A DNA stretch of 64,000 bases from Candidatus Ozemobacteraceae bacterium (GCA_965140445.1 OZ223236.1:3520001-3584000), one strand, 5' to 3'. Counted from the stretch's first letter, positions 1 through 12,559 are shown. A program made the numbers and translations. The notes: generated by a model from the letters alone, not told the origin.

Positions 1-733
1 CTGCGGCTCCGCCATTACCGGCTTAACCTCGCTACATACAGTAACTCGTCGGATCATTCTTCTATAGGCACGCCATCAGACATTCGTCTCCGAAGAAACG
101 CATAGTCCTCTGACTGATTGTAGGCACAGGGTTTCAGGTTCTATTTCACTTGCCTCGCCGGCATACTTTTCACCTTTCCCTCACGGTACTGCTTCACTAT
201 CGGTCGCCAAGTTATATTTAGCCTTACGTGACGGTCCACGCAAATTCCCACGGGCTTTCCCGGATCCCGTAGTACTCGGGTTTCTTGCTATAGAGTTCCT
301 GAAATTTCGCTTACAGGACTATCACCTTCTTTAGTGTAACTTTCCAGTTAGCTTCAGCTATTTCAGCCAAAATCCCTATTCTATCCACTGACATGGATAA
401 ACACAAGACCCCACGACCCCAGACAGGCAACGCTGCCAGGCTTTAACACCAGTCTGGTTTAGGCTCTTCCCCGTTCGCTCGCCGCTACTCAGGGAATCGT
501 TATTACTTTCTTTTCCTCCAGGTACTTAGATGGTTCAGTTCCCCAGGTTCCCTCCAGATAGCCTATGTATTCAGCTATTGGCGATATGCGATTCTCGCAT
601 ACCAGGTTCTCCCATTCGGATATTCACGGATCTATGCTTGCTTGCAGCTCCCCGTGACTTTTCGCAGCTGGCCACGTCCTTCATCAGTACTTGGCACCTA
701 GGCATCCGCCCTGCGCCCTTTACAATTTACTCC
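1..733 (-). rRNA. rrl: 23S rRNA, 5' part (continues beyond window start)
   Basis: Reverse complement shows conserved 23S motifs (GGCGGATGCCTAGG near the 5' end, GAACTGAACCATCTAAGTACC, ACCGATAGTGAAGCAGTACCGTGAGGGAAAGG). 5' end approximate. Confidence 0.97.
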
Positions 734-833
734 TATTGCACTCGATCAATTCTTTCATACTGTACTCGCACTTACGTGCAAATCCATTACAAAAAGACCT
801 TTTAATTTTGGATGTCTTTCATCAAAGATATTA

Positions 834-846
834 TTTTCAAAGAACT
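834..846 (-). promoter_or_regulatory. boxA antiterminator in 16S-23S ITS
   Basis: Minus strand AGTTCTTTGAAAA matches rrn boxA. Confidence 0.7.
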
Positions 847-956
847 ATAAAATATAGAAAGACCGAAAGACTAAGTTCAACATCGCCAAACTCGACGAAG
901 ATACGTTCCTGCGATGCCCACCGAAGCAGGTCTTATTCCAGCAACATGTCTCCCTA

Positions 957-2516
<1,560 letters not shown>

Positions 2517-2695
2517 AAATTATTAAACAACAAGTTCCTTTCGGAACCCGCCATCTACATTATTATGGAGTTATTGCTGATCTGTTTCAAGATTCAACTT
2601 AACTCAAAATCGATGTTGTAACATCGAATCAAATAGGTTCTTGTCGTTAAACAAAAACCGCTTGGCGTTATAGTTTTATTAGTCTTTCGATCTGA

Positions 2696-2733
2696 TTCTC
2701 AAAGAGCTTATTCGACCCGGTTTTGGGCCGACC
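2696..2733 (-). promoter_or_regulatory. rrn leader boxB hairpin plus boxA
   Basis: Hairpin TCGGCCC-AAAACC-GGGTCGA followed by GCTCTTTGAGAA. The adjacent 2679-2692 is complementary to ITS 861-874 (16S processing stem). Confidence 0.7.
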
Positions 2734-2751
2734 CGCCGTGGCAGGAAATCT

Positions 2752-2780
2752 AGCTTATCAAAAACGGTTTTCAATGTCAA
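2752..2780 (-). promoter_or_regulatory. rrn promoter P2 (sigma70)
   Basis: TTGACA-17 bp-TAAGCT with A-rich UP element. Confidence 0.8.
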
Positions 2781-2879
2781 CCATTTTTTAAAAACTTTTT
2801 TCAAAGTTTTCTAGATCTTTTTTTACCTCCCGATTTCGACCCGGGCTTACCGGTCCGACCTCGTTTCGAAGGTTCAAAT

Positions 2880-2908
2880 ATCTTAACAGATGCGGGGTAC
2901 ATAGTCAA
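2880..2908 (-). promoter_or_regulatory. rrn promoter P1 (sigma70)
   Basis: TTGACT-17 bp-TAAGAT with extended -10 TG and A/T tracts upstream. Confidence 0.8.
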
Positions 2909-2954
2909 CAAAAAAAAAGACTTTTTTCTTACTATTTTAACGTATCTATTTTCC

Positions 2955-3335
2955 TTACATTAAAATTTCTTTTAAAGGCTGAATTAAACTGTCTTTTGTG
3001 AATGGCTTGGCAATTTTTTTGTCAAAACCGTAGTCCCTGAAATTTGAGAATACTGGACTCCCAACACTTCCCGAACACAAAATGGCTTTAACATCCTTAT
3101 CTAACTTTCTAATTCCCTCAAGCACTTTTACACCACCATCGGGCTCTTCATTTAAAACTAAATCAATGATTGCAAGATCAAAGCGGTTTCCACTTTCGAC
3201 AGTTTCTTTAAAAATTTCAAAGGCTTTTTCAATAGAATTTGCATGTACACATTTGATGCCTTCTTTATCCAGCATTAATGTAATTAACTCTGCAACAAGA
3301 GTATCGTCTTCTACCAAAAAAACTCGAAATTTCAT
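2955..3335 (-). CDS. single-domain response regulator (CheY-like receiver)
   Basis: VEDD, phosphoacceptor IIDLVL, CSG and KPF motifs. Confidence 0.9.
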   Translation of the reverse strand: MKFRVFLVEDDTLVAELITLMLDKEGIKCVHANSIEKAFEIFKETVESGNRFDLAIIDLVLNEEPDGGVKVLEGIRKLDKDVKAILCSGSVGSPVFSNFRDYGFDKKIAKPFTKDSLIQPLKEILM

Positions 3336-3634
3336 TTATTTCCTTATATTTTTGAAAGCTTGATTACCAATTCAAATGATCATCGACAATCTTTTTCACT
3401 TTTTTAATGATTTTTTCTATTAACTTTTAATTATATTTTTCTAAATTCTTATTTTTCAGCTCCTTAAAAAAAAGTATGAATAGTTAAAATTTTTTGCCTA
3501 ATAAAAGTCTTTTTAATTTGAAAAGGTATTTTTATGTTTGATGACCTTATAGAAAGGAAATTAACGTAAAACCATTATCCAAATTTTTTTTCTTTTTTGT
3601 TTTAACTAATCCCATTTAATTGTACTATTGGCTT

Positions 3635-5482
3635 ATGTCAGCTCAAATAATAACTCAACCGAAAAGGCTTTCTGAACTCAGCTCCATTTTAAAGCTTTTC
3701 CTAAGTGACCTGCCGGATTTCTATAAAATTCTTTATCCTGATTTATCTATAAAAGATAACCCCTCTTACAGGCTTTTACTTCATGCGCCGGAAGCCCTGT
3801 TAAATTTTAGTGAAAAGCCTCTTATTGTTACTGCTTTTGTGGGGCCAAGCGGTGCCGGAAAAAGCACCATATTCAATGCTATTACTGGGTTAAGCGTCCC
3901 TTCAGGGGGAGCTGTCAGACCCATGACCTATGTTTCTATTGCTGCATTTTCAGATAAAAATATTTCGGAGAAAAGCATTGAAAAGCTATTTCCAGGATTT
4001 GAGATTTCAAATTACACTTTACCAGATGACTTGAAAAACAAGCATTTCCCACCTGAAAAACTGTTTTATACGTGTTTTAATCAAGATAATGTGCAAAGCG
4101 ATTTAGACTGTTGTTTAGTTGATATTCCAGATTTTAACACCACAGAAAAATCTAATTGGGAAAGAGCCGAGCAAATGATATCCAGAGCAGATACGGTTAT
4201 TTTCACGGTCTATCACGAGGCTTATAAAAACTCAAAAACATTTGAAATCTTAAAAAGATGCTGTCGTTATTCTGGGAATTTAATCTATTTGCTGACTAAA
4301 TTAGATATAGAAAACCCTCAAATAGCGGCTCAAGAAATATATGAAGATTTGTTAGAATCTGCTTCCAGGGATCCCGAGTTTGCTGAAAAGCGAGCAGATG
4401 GAAAAAGCATTTTTGAGTTTTTATCAAACAGGAACTTTTATTACAGTCCTCAGGCAAAACAAACAGGCATCGAAAATATTATTCCCATTAAATCTGATTA
4501 TCCCTCTTTTTATAGCACTCTATATGGTGAAAACGCTTATGAAATTGTTTTAAATAGACAACTTCAAATTCTTTTTGAAAACCGAACCTTTGCAAATAAT
4601 CTCTTACTGGAAGCAAAGTCTTTGACTCAATCCTTAAACAAAGACATTAGCATGGTGCAAAGTCAGGTTACGCAGTGCTCACAAAAAATTGTAGGTGAAG
4701 AATTTCCGGTTTTCTTTATTCTTGAGATGATAAAGAAGTTGCTCTCAGAAAATCGACCTGGATTTTTAAAAAGACTTTTAACCCCTTTCAATTACTTAAC
4801 AGACACTATGACTGGTGCAGTAAAATCAGTTAAACGGAAATTATTGGGTTTGAAATCTGCTCCAAAAGACGGAGAAATAGAATTAAGAAACGATCTTGAG
4901 CAAAAAAGACTAATTAAGTTTTCAGAGGAACTGGTAGAGGAATGGCGAATCAATTTTCAAAATGAGCGATTAAATGCAGAAATATGCAGACAAACAATGC
5001 AGCAATTTGTTGAAAATCCATTGCCAGCAGTGGACGACCAATGGGAAATGTATGTCAGAGATAAGCTTACAAATTGGTTAAACACCAACAAAAATCGTTG
5101 GATATGGTTAAATGTAATAAATGATCTTTCTCTTATACTAGGTTCTTCACTATTCATGCTCGATTTCGTATTTGAAGGCGGAATAGGTTCTCTGGGACTC
5201 GTTGCAGTAGTCGGAGGTTCTGGAGTTTTGGGAGGTTTTTTAATGAGTCTTTTCAATAATATGGGCCTGGGCAAAGAAATCTTAGAAGCACACAAAAAAT
5301 GGAAAGAAATTCGATCACAGGATTACTGTGCACATCTATTGAAGAATTTAGCCTCCCCACTTTTCTATGAAAAATTTCAAACAAAGGAAAAGCAAATCAA
5401 TTCGTTGCCAATACAAGATTTTGAGAATGCTATCCTAACTTTAGACAAGGCGTTTAAATCACATGTCCAAGACAAAAATTAA
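3635..5482 (+). CDS. dynamin-like/TRAFAC GTPase with C-terminal hydrophobic hairpin
   Basis: G1 GPSGAGKS, G2 RPMT, G3 DIPD, G4 TKLD, helical stalk and Gly-rich TM segments. ATG 3635 preferred over TTG 3620. Confidence 0.75.
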   Translation: MSAQIITQPKRLSELSSILKLFLSDLPDFYKILYPDLSIKDNPSYRLLLHAPEALLNFSEKPLIVTAFVGPSGAGKSTIFNAITGLSVPSGGAVRPMTYVSIAAFSDKNISEKSIEKLFPGFEISNYTLPDDLKNKHFPPEKLFYTCFNQDNVQSDLDCCLVDIPDFNTTEKSNWERAEQMISRADTVIFTVYHEAYKNSKTFEILKRCCRYSGNLIYLLTKLDIENPQIAAQEIYEDLLESASRDPEFAEKRADGKSIFEFLSNRNFYYSPQAKQTGIENIIPIKSDYPSFYSTLYGENAYEIVLNRQLQILFENRTFANNLLLEAKSLTQSLNKDISMVQSQVTQCSQKIVGEEFPVFFILEMIKKLLSENRPGFLKRLLTPFNYLTDTMTGAVKSVKRKLLGLKSAPKDGEIELRNDLEQKRLIKFSEELVEEWRINFQNERLNAEICRQTMQQFVENPLPAVDDQWEMYVRDKLTNWLNTNKNRWIWLNVINDLSLILGSSLFMLDFVFEGGIGSLGLVAVVGGSGVLGGFLMSLFNNMGLGKEILEAHKKWKEIRSQDYCAHLLKNLASPLFYEKFQTKEKQINSLPIQDFENAILTLDKAFKSHVQDKN

Positions 5483-7001
5483 TGCAATTCTGGATTTGGC
5501 AAACCAAATAGCCGAGACTACAATCGAAGAATATTCTTCACCTACTCTAATTGAGTTGAAACACTTTTTAAATGACTTCATTGAATTTGGCAATAAAACA
5601 AACCTCGGTGCTCCAGCTATCATTTCATTGATTGGTGGTACAGGGGTTGGCAAATCTTTCCTTTTCAGCAAACTTGTAGGGATTCCTGAAATAAGCCCAT
5701 CCTCTTCATCTGTAAGAGGTTTCACCAAAAATTTGTATGTCTCATGTTTTAAAGAACAGCAGCATTTCTTTCCAATTACGGAAAATGCCACCTTTTGCCC
5801 GGGTATTTTGTCCAGTTGTATTTTAGTTGACAGCCCTGATCTTGATACAATATTGGAAAAAAATCGAAGCCTAACGCAACATTTGATAAAACATAGCGAC
5901 TTAATAATTTATGTAACCACACCAGATAAAAGATCAAATTTTGATGTGCAAAACGACTTAATAGAATGGAGCGAACGAAAGAGATGGTTCTTTGTATTAA
6001 ACAAAATTGATACGGCAGTAGACGTAAGCCATGAACAGTTAAAAAAGGATTTCGATCTTTGTTTAAATAAGTTTGGCTTCTCACCAACAGATAATAATCG
6101 ATTTTTGTTAAACTCCAGGGAAGCTAATTCTTTTGAATTTCAACGTTTAAAAGACACCATTTTTTCACATAGAACAAAAGAGACGGTCGAATCAATAAAG
6201 TTTCAATCAATAATTTCCCATATTTCTTATGAATTGGAAAATTCCAACCTAATAAAAGATCTTTTAAGACTTCATAAAAATTTTAAAGACGAAACCAACC
6301 GACAAGTTGAAAAAAGGCTTGAATTGCAGAAAGAAATAGTTTCTGATGAGAATTTTGAGGTTTTATGGCAAACCCATATCTCAAATACAATCTGGACCCA
6401 ATTGAAGCAAACAAGATCTCTTTTTATGTATCCTTTTATTTTCTGGCACTCTTACTTTTCAGAATCTATTTCTCAGCAAACTCTACTAAGCAAATTTCAG
6501 GACTTGTTTAACAGTTCAGATAAGAAAAAGGCACTAGACCTGGATAGTAAAAGAATAATTGAAGACAACGCTATGGCCTTCCCAAGGAATGAATCTGACA
6601 ATTCTTCATTCAAAATTTCAGAACCAATATTTTCATCTTCAAACTTCAACTTAAAAGACTCTAAAGCTACATCAATTTACTTGTTTCTTGGTAATCTTTT
6701 GCCAATGATATTCTTTTACCAAATAGTCCAACGAACGTTTTTTAAATGGCTTAACGGCTCCTGGCTGCCTTATGATTTTTTCATTCATGGATTTATTCTA
6801 ATTTTTCTAAGCAGCATACCTGGCTACTTTTTGCTGACATATTTGATTAACAGAAAAGCTTCATCGATCAGGGTTAAACTTTCTGAGGAAGTTCAAATTC
6901 CCCAGGATTTGTTAAAAATCGAAAACGAATTGTCCAGTTTAAGTAATCAGATATCAAATCTATCTGTGCTGGTTAATTCTAACAAAGAAACTCTGGATTA
7001 A
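5463..7001 (+). CDS. second dynamin-like/TRAFAC GTPase with two C-terminal TM segments
   Basis: G1 GGTGVGKS, RGFT, DSPD, NKID. Overlaps the upstream GTPase gene by 20 bp. Confidence 0.75.
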   Translation: MSKTKINAILDLANQIAETTIEEYSSPTLIELKHFLNDFIEFGNKTNLGAPAIISLIGGTGVGKSFLFSKLVGIPEISPSSSSVRGFTKNLYVSCFKEQQHFFPITENATFCPGILSSCILVDSPDLDTILEKNRSLTQHLIKHSDLIIYVTTPDKRSNFDVQNDLIEWSERKRWFFVLNKIDTAVDVSHEQLKKDFDLCLNKFGFSPTDNNRFLLNSREANSFEFQRLKDTIFSHRTKETVESIKFQSIISHISYELENSNLIKDLLRLHKNFKDETNRQVEKRLELQKEIVSDENFEVLWQTHISNTIWTQLKQTRSLFMYPFIFWHSYFSESISQQTLLSKFQDLFNSSDKKKALDLDSKRIIEDNAMAFPRNESDNSSFKISEPIFSSSNFNLKDSKATSIYLFLGNLLPMIFFYQIVQRTFFKWLNGSWLPYDFFIHGFILIFLSSIPGYFLLTYLINRKASSIRVKLSEEVQIPQDLLKIENELSSLSNQISNLSVLVNSNKETLD

Positions 7002-7011
7002 TTTTCCCTTT

Positions 7012-7758
7012 TCAAAGAAGGAAAAAGTGAACAATGAGAAGCATCATAATGCTGATTGAAAACGCGAAATCAATGCTATTAACCCTATAAGTCTTATACC
7101 GACTACGATTTTGACTAAAACTATAACCCCTTGATTCCATAGCTAAAGCAAGTTCATTAGCGCGCATCATGCTTATAGTTAAAGTGGGAATAAGCAGCGG
7201 CATCAAATTTTTCACTGCTGACAAAACACCATTTTTCTTGCCAAAATTAGCACCACGAGCTGTTTGTGCCAGCTTAATTCTTTCAATTTCTCCAAAGATA
7301 ACTGGCATAAACCTAACCGCAATAACCATAACAAGAGACATCTCTTTAACCGGTAAACCAAATATTGAAAAAGGTTTTAAGGTGACCTCCCAGAAATACA
7401 TTAGTTCCGATTGGGAGGAAGTCGAGACAAAAATTCCCGCCACAATGAAAACACCAACTATTTTTAAAATTGCTTCTATAGCGAGGATTAAATCAAAGCC
7501 ATTTCGAGCAGCCCCTTGAAGAAAGCCCACAACAAGCAGTAAAAAAAGAATGCTTTTAAGTGAAACAAGCACATCCTTAAAAGAGTAACCACCTGCCAGT
7601 CCTAGAAAAAACAAAACACTAAGACTAACCATTTGGCCAGGCAGACCATATGGACTTAAAGAAAAGAATAAAATGAAAAAAAGAACCACAAGTCCTTTTA
7701 TTAAGGGATTCATTTTGTGAAAAATTGAATTGCCTGGTTTAAAGGTAATATTAGCCAT
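7012..7758 (-). CDS. ecfT: ECF transporter T component
   Basis: PGNSIFHKMNP, QTARG and AMESRGY motifs. Follows ecfA1A2. Confidence 0.9.
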   Translation of the reverse strand: MANITFKPGNSIFHKMNPLIKGLVVLFFILFFSLSPYGLPGQMVSLSVLFFLGLAGGYSFKDVLVSLKSILFLLLVVGFLQGAARNGFDLILAIEAILKIVGVFIVAGIFVSTSSQSELMYFWEVTLKPFSIFGLPVKEMSLVMVIAVRFMPVIFGEIERIKLAQTARGANFGKKNGVLSAVKNLMPLLIPTLTISMMRANELALAMESRGYSFSQNRSRYKTYRVNSIDFAFSISIMMLLIVHFFLL

Positions 7759-8557
7759 TTTGTTCCTTAATAAAATGATAAACTTCTTTTGCTTCAGGAC
7801 ACGGGATCTTTTCTTTGCTATTTTCAAAGCCTTTTATGGCTTTTCTATACCACCCGGGCAAAGGATACAAATCGTTTTCCTTTAATGCACTAAAAAGAAA
7901 ATCTTCTTTTTTATCAAAGCTTCTTATCTGATCACCATTTAGCAGTAAAACCTTTCCTGCAAATTTCAAAAATTTTTCCGGGTCATGAGTAACAACAATC
8001 AGCAGATGCTCTTTACTTAACTCAATCAAGACTGATAACAACTGCTTCTGCCCTTCCGAATCCAACCCGGCGAAAGGTTCATCAAGGAGAATTACTGGAG
8101 ACTGTAAAATGGTCGTCGCGGCAAGGGCAACCCTTCTTTTTTCGCCACCAGACAATGAAAATGGATGTCTATTCCAAAATTTTTCGGAAGGTAGTCCCCA
8201 CTGTTCCAGCCATTTCTTACCTTTTTCTTCGCTAAGGTCATATGCAATTCCCTGTTGTTGAAGAGCATAGCAAACTTCTTCTCCTACAGTAGCATTAAAA
8301 AATAGCTGTTCAGGGTTTTGAAAGGCAATTGTTACGTTTTCTTCCAGCGATAGTCCTGTATCCTTAAAAAATGCCTTTCCGGTAATAGTAGGAATAAAGC
8401 CAGAAATTGTTTTTAGAAAGGTGCTTTTCCCTGAACCGGCTCTACCAATAACAAGGTTTATTTTGCCGCTGATTAGTTCACAGTCAAAATTACTAATGAG
8501 GGGAGTTTTATTATAGCCGAAGGAAATGTTGCTAAATTGAATTTCAATTTTGTTCAT
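7751..8557 (-). CDS. ecfA2: ECF transporter ATPase A2
   Basis: GRAGSGKS, FQNPEQLFF, LSGGEKRRVA, LDEPFAGLD. Confidence 0.88.
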   Translation of the reverse strand: MNKIEIQFSNISFGYNKTPLISNFDCELISGKINLVIGRAGSGKSTFLKTISGFIPTITGKAFFKDTGLSLEENVTIAFQNPEQLFFNATVGEEVCYALQQQGIAYDLSEEKGKKWLEQWGLPSEKFWNRHPFSLSGGEKRRVALAATTILQSPVILLDEPFAGLDSEGQKQLLSVLIELSKEHLLIVVTHDPEKFLKFAGKVLLLNGDQIRSFDKKEDFLFSALKENDLYPLPGWYRKAIKGFENSKEKIPCPEAKEVYHFIKEQNG

Positions 8558-9297
8558 TGGTTTAATATTCCAAACTTAACTTCTTCTGGCACATCTAATC
8601 CGTAATCAGAAATTTTCTCCCAAAAACCGGGATCTTCTGGATTTAAAAGGATTGCTTTTCCTTCATTTAAAATCAGAACCCTATCAAAATTCATGAAATC
8701 TGATTCTATTTGGGAAATTACAGCAATCCCCTTTTCCTGGTTATCCTTTAAATCACGTAAAACACTCCAGAACTTTTCCCTTGCCCAAGGATCAAGATGG
8801 GAGGTCGGCTCATCAAAAATAATCCATTCTGGTTCGGTTATTAAAACAGATGCGATACATAACAATTGCTTTTGTCCACCTGAAAGAACTTCAACCGGTT
8901 TTTCAAGAAAATCTCTTAAACCAAACATTTCAGAAAGGTTTTGAATGCGTTTAAAAATTTCATTTCCAGGCAGACCTTGATTCTCTAAGCCAAATGCCAA
9001 ATCTTCTTCAACGGTTAATCCAACAATCTGACTGTCCGGATTTTGAAAAATAAGACCCACTTTATTCTTAGTTTCTACTTCATCAACTGAAATCTCTTGA
9101 TCATTAATAAAAACAGATCCTGTTGATGTGTTTATTAATCCGGCAGCAATCCTTCCGATGGTGGATTTCCCTGAACCGTTTTTACCGATAATACCTACAA
9201 GATGTCCTTTTTCTAAATGAAAGGAAACCTCCTTCAAAATGAAGGAGGTTTCCAGATTTTCGTTGTACCGGAAACTAACCCGGTCAAATCGAATCAT
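8554..9297 (-). CDS. ecfA1: ECF transporter ATPase A1
   Basis: GKNGSGKS, FQNPDSQIVG, AFGLEN, LSGGQKQ. Start taken at MIRFDRV. Confidence 0.88.
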   Translation of the reverse strand: MIRFDRVSFRYNENLETSFILKEVSFHLEKGHLVGIIGKNGSGKSTIGRIAAGLINTSTGSVFINDQEISVDEVETKNKVGLIFQNPDSQIVGLTVEEDLAFGLENQGLPGNEIFKRIQNLSEMFGLRDFLEKPVEVLSGGQKQLLCIASVLITEPEWIIFDEPTSHLDPWAREKFWSVLRDLKDNQEKGIAVISQIESDFMNFDRVLILNEGKAILLNPEDPGFWEKISDYGLDVPEEVKFGILNQ

Positions 9298-9307
9298 TGC
9301 AAGAATC

Positions 9308-9931
9308 TTATTTAGTGAATTCGATAATCGCCATTTCAGCGTTGTCGCCGCGACGGTTTCCAAGTTTGTAAATTCTAGTATAACCACCACCGATTTCTTC
9401 AAAACGAGGAGCTATTCTATTTACTAATTTGGTAAGAATTCCTTCAATTCTAAGAATCTTCTGAGCAGCTGTTCTTTTCTTTTCAATTTCTTTTCCATCT
9501 TTACCTTTTACTGTTCTAGTGCAGGTTGATGGGATGAAATCAAGAATGAATTCTGGTTTTGGATTCTTATCAGGATCTGCAATGTATTTTTCAGCAGCTT
9601 CTCTGTTATCCTTGCTAAGATTAGACAAATATTTCTTAATGGCATCACGGCCAAGGATTTCTCTGTCATAACAAGCATGGAAGAAACCTTCTAATAAAGT
9701 TCTTTTAGAAGCTTTCAGAGCTTTTGTCTGCTTTTCATCTTCACCTTGGATTACGCGAAGTTTCTTAGCAATTGTAAGAGCCTTTTCGATTTCACGGCGA
9801 AGATCTTTTGCTTTATGCAAAGTGGTTTCAATTCTTTCATATTTAACGAGAGAAGTGCAAAGAGATCTAAGCAAAGCTTTTCTCTGATGCGACTCTCTTC
9901 CAAATTTTCGACCTATCTTACGATGTCTCAT
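9308..9931 (-). CDS. rplQ: 50S ribosomal protein L17 with ~80-aa internal insertion
   Basis: MRHRK..., ERIETT and [24 protein letters not shown]. Follows rpoA. Confidence 0.96.
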   Translation of the reverse strand: MRHRKIGRKFGRESHQRKALLRSLCTSLVKYERIETTLHKAKDLRREIEKALTIAKKLRVIQGEDEKQTKALKASKRTLLEGFFHACYDREILGRDAIKKYLSNLSKDNREAAEKYIADPDKNPKPEFILDFIPSTCTRTVKGKDGKEIEKKRTAAQKILRIEGILTKLVNRIAPRFEEIGGGYTRIYKLGNRRGDNAEMAIIEFTK

Positions 9932-10926
9932 TCGTCAATACCTCCGGCAGTATCATCATCGGGAAGGGTAAGATTAAACTGTCCAAGTTTTTCCCGAACT
10001 TCCTTCAATGACTTCTTACCAAAATTCTTGATTTCAAGAAGTGCAGAAACTTTTTTGTCAACCAATTCTCCAAGAGTCTGGATTCCAGCCTTTTTGAGGC
10101 AGTTTCTAGAACGAACAGAAAATTCAAGATCTTTAATAAGAATGTCAAGATGACCCTTCTGGGGGGCTTCCTGCTTCTGTGCAGCAACCATAACAAGTTC
10201 TTCATTGTGAGTTGGAATATTAGTTCCAGATTCAACAATTTCTTCTTCAAGAGCTTGGAAAAGGTCTACATGAGCTTTCAGAAATTTAGCTGAAAGTTCA
10301 ACGGCTTCTGCTGGTTGCATGCTGCCATTTGTCCAAACCTGAACAGTTAACTTATCAAAGTTGATGTCCTGACCAACACGAGCATCTTCAACGTTATACA
10401 TTACTCTAGTCACAGGTGAAAACTGTGAGTCAACAAGTATTGTACCTATGTCAAGGCCAGCAATCTTATGGTCATCAGCAAGAACATAACCTCTACCACG
10501 TTTGAAGGTAATATCCATACCAAGTGTGATATCGCCTGTAACGTGGGCAATATGAATGTCTTTATCAATGATTTGTAAGTCAGAATTGCCTTTGATATCT
10601 GCGGCTGTTACTTCAGCAGGGCCTTTTACTTCAAGCCTTACAGTTACTGGTTCTTCAGAATTCAAATTTACAACAAGTTTCTTTAGATTCAGTATTATAG
10701 CTGTAACGTCTTCAACAACGCCGGGGATACTGCAAAATTCATGTAATACACCATCAATTTTAACACCGCTTACGGCTGAACCAGGAAGAGAAGCAAGGAG
10801 AACTCTTCTAAAAGCGTTTCCTAAAGTCTGTCCGTAACCTCTTTCGAGTGGCTCAAGAGTTATGATTCCATGATTAGGGCTTGCACCCTCAGAATATTTA
10901 ATTTTGGGTCGATTAATTTCAATCAC
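9928..10926 (-). CDS. rpoA: RNA polymerase alpha subunit
   Basis: [31 protein letters not shown]...NFGKKS. Confidence 0.99.
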   Translation of the reverse strand: MIEINRPKIKYSEGASPNHGIITLEPLERGYGQTLGNAFRRVLLASLPGSAVSGVKIDGVLHEFCSIPGVVEDVTAIILNLKKLVVNLNSEEPVTVRLEVKGPAEVTAADIKGNSDLQIIDKDIHIAHVTGDITLGMDITFKRGRGYVLADDHKIAGLDIGTILVDSQFSPVTRVMYNVEDARVGQDINFDKLTVQVWTNGSMQPAEAVELSAKFLKAHVDLFQALEEEIVESGTNIPTHNEELVMVAAQKQEAPQKGHLDILIKDLEFSVRSRNCLKKAGIQTLGELVDKKVSALLEIKNFGKKSLKEVREKLGQFNLTLPDDDTAGGIDE

Positions 10927-10947
10927 GCTTAAAAGCCTCCTTACAGC

Positions 10948-11580
10948 TTAGCGAGAGTAGAACTCAACGATCAGTGATTCTTGGATCTTTGGATCGAGTT
11001 GAGATCTCTCTGGGAGAGTAACAAATTTACCCTTGAGGTTTTCTTTATCAACTTCAATCCAAGGGCTTTCGTCTCTTTTTGAGGAGATTTCAAGAACGTC
11101 TTTAACCTGAGGTCTAAGTTTACTCGTTTCTCTGATTGCAACTACATCGCCGGGTCTAAGCTGGTAACTAGGGATGTTACATTTGCGACCATTAACTTCG
11201 AAATGTCCCTGAGTAACCCACATACGTGCTTGAGCGCGTGAAATTCCAAAACCCATGCGGAAAGCCACATTATCAAGTCTGGTTTCAAGCTGATGAAGCA
11301 AGTTGATTCCAGTATTACCTTCTTTGCGGTTTGCAACTTCATAGTATTTTCTGAACTGACGTTCTAAAATACCATATGATTTTCTAACTTTTTGTTTAGC
11401 GCGAAGCTGGATTTCATATCCAGTCTGCTTTTTTCTCATTCTTGCATTCCCGTGAACTCCAGGAATGAAACTTCTTCTTTTAAATGCACATTTTTCAGTG
11501 TAACAGCGGGCACCTTTAAGGAAAAGCTGTTCGCCTTCTCGGCGACAAATTCTACAAACGGAACCAGTATATCTAGCCAT
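10948..11580 (-). CDS. rpsD: 30S ribosomal protein S4
   Basis: MARYTGSVCRICRREG, LETRLDN, IVEFYSR. Confidence 0.99.
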   Translation of the reverse strand: MARYTGSVCRICRREGEQLFLKGARCYTEKCAFKRRSFIPGVHGNARMRKKQTGYEIQLRAKQKVRKSYGILERQFRKYYEVANRKEGNTGINLLHQLETRLDNVAFRMGFGISRAQARMWVTQGHFEVNGRKCNIPSYQLRPGDVVAIRETSKLRPQVKDVLEISSKRDESPWIEVDKENLKGKFVTLPERSQLDPKIQESLIVEFYSR

Positions 11581-11592
11581 TTTGAACCTCCA

Positions 11593-11994
11593 TCAAACGC
11601 GGCGTCGCTTAGGTGGGCGACAACCATTGTGCGGTATCCCTGAAACATCTTTAATAGAAACTACGTTCAAACCATTGTTTTGAAGAGCTCTAATCGCAGA
11701 TTCGCGACTCATTCCGGGGCCAGCAACATATACTTCAATTTCTTTCATGCCAAATTCGAGTGCGCGTTTAGCGGTGATTTCGGCAGAAACCTGAGCAGCG
11801 TATGGAGTAGACTTTCTGGATCCTCTAAAATTGTTTGATCCTGAGGAAGACCAGCAGAGAACGTTACCATTCATATCAGAAATAGTAACAATAACATTAT
11901 TAAATGTAGCTTGAATATGAGCCTGACCCTTAGCAACGATTTTCTTTTCGCGTTTTTTGGTTTTGACTCTGGACTTACTTCCTGATTTAGCCAT
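11593..11994 (-). CDS. rpsK: 30S ribosomal protein S11
   Basis: [22 protein letters not shown]. Confidence 0.99.
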   Translation of the reverse strand: MAKSGSKSRVKTKKREKKIVAKGQAHIQATFNNVIVTISDMNGNVLCWSSSGSNNFRGSRKSTPYAAQVSAEITAKRALEFGMKEIEVYVAGPGMSRESAIRALQNNGLNVVSIKDVSGIPHNGCRPPKRRRV

Positions 11995-12040
11995 TAAACT
12001 TATGCTCCTTTAAATCAGTTTACATCCAAAAAAAGTAAAA

Positions 12041-12403
12041 TTACTTCTTTTTGATTGGTTTTGCACGACCTTTACGTGTGCGCGCATTAGTGTGTGTTCT
12101 TTGACCACGTACCGGGAGGCCTCTTCTATGACGAAGTCCGCGGTAGCAACCAATTTCCATTAATCTCTTGATATTCATAGAGATTTCTCGGCGAAGGTCA
12201 CCTTCTACTCTGTATTCAGAGTCCAAGGTTTTCTTGATGTTACTGATTTCATCTTCAGTAAGATCTTTAACCCGAGTATCTGGATTAATGTTAGTCTTGG
12301 CAAGGATTTCCTTTGATCTAGTGGGTCCTATCCCATAGATATAAGGAAGAGCTGCTTCGACTCTCTTGTTTCGTGGCAGATCGACGCCTGCTATACGAGC
12401 CAT
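12041..12403 (-). CDS. rpsM: 30S ribosomal protein S13
   Basis: [28 protein letters not shown]. Confidence 0.99.
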   Translation of the reverse strand: MARIAGVDLPRNKRVEAALPYIYGIGPTRSKEILAKTNINPDTRVKDLTEDEISNIKKTLDSEYRVEGDLRREISMNIKRLMEIGCYRGLRHRRGLPVRGQRTHTNARTRKGRAKPIKKK

Positions 12404-12418
12404 AAAAATTCCTCCTGA

Positions 12419-12532
12419 TTAGCCCTGTCGCTGTTTGTGTCTAGGATTATCACAAATAACCCTGATTACACCACGACGCTTAATAACTTTACACTTTTCA
12501 CAGATTTTCTTAACAGATGCCCTAACTCGCAT
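12419..12532 (-). CDS. rpmJ: 50S ribosomal protein L36 (zinc type; not in ORF track)
   Basis: Hand translation [37 protein letters not shown] with SD GGAGG. Confidence 0.97.
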   Translation of the reverse strand: MRVRASVKKICEKCKVIKRRGVIRVICDNPRHKQRQG

Positions 12533-12559
12533 TTTTCCCTCCTGTTAAAGCCTTACCAC

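Noticed and set aside
734..956. tRNA genes in the ITS
   Set aside because: No cloverleaf or T-arm GTTC motif found; the spacer holds only the processing stem and boxA.
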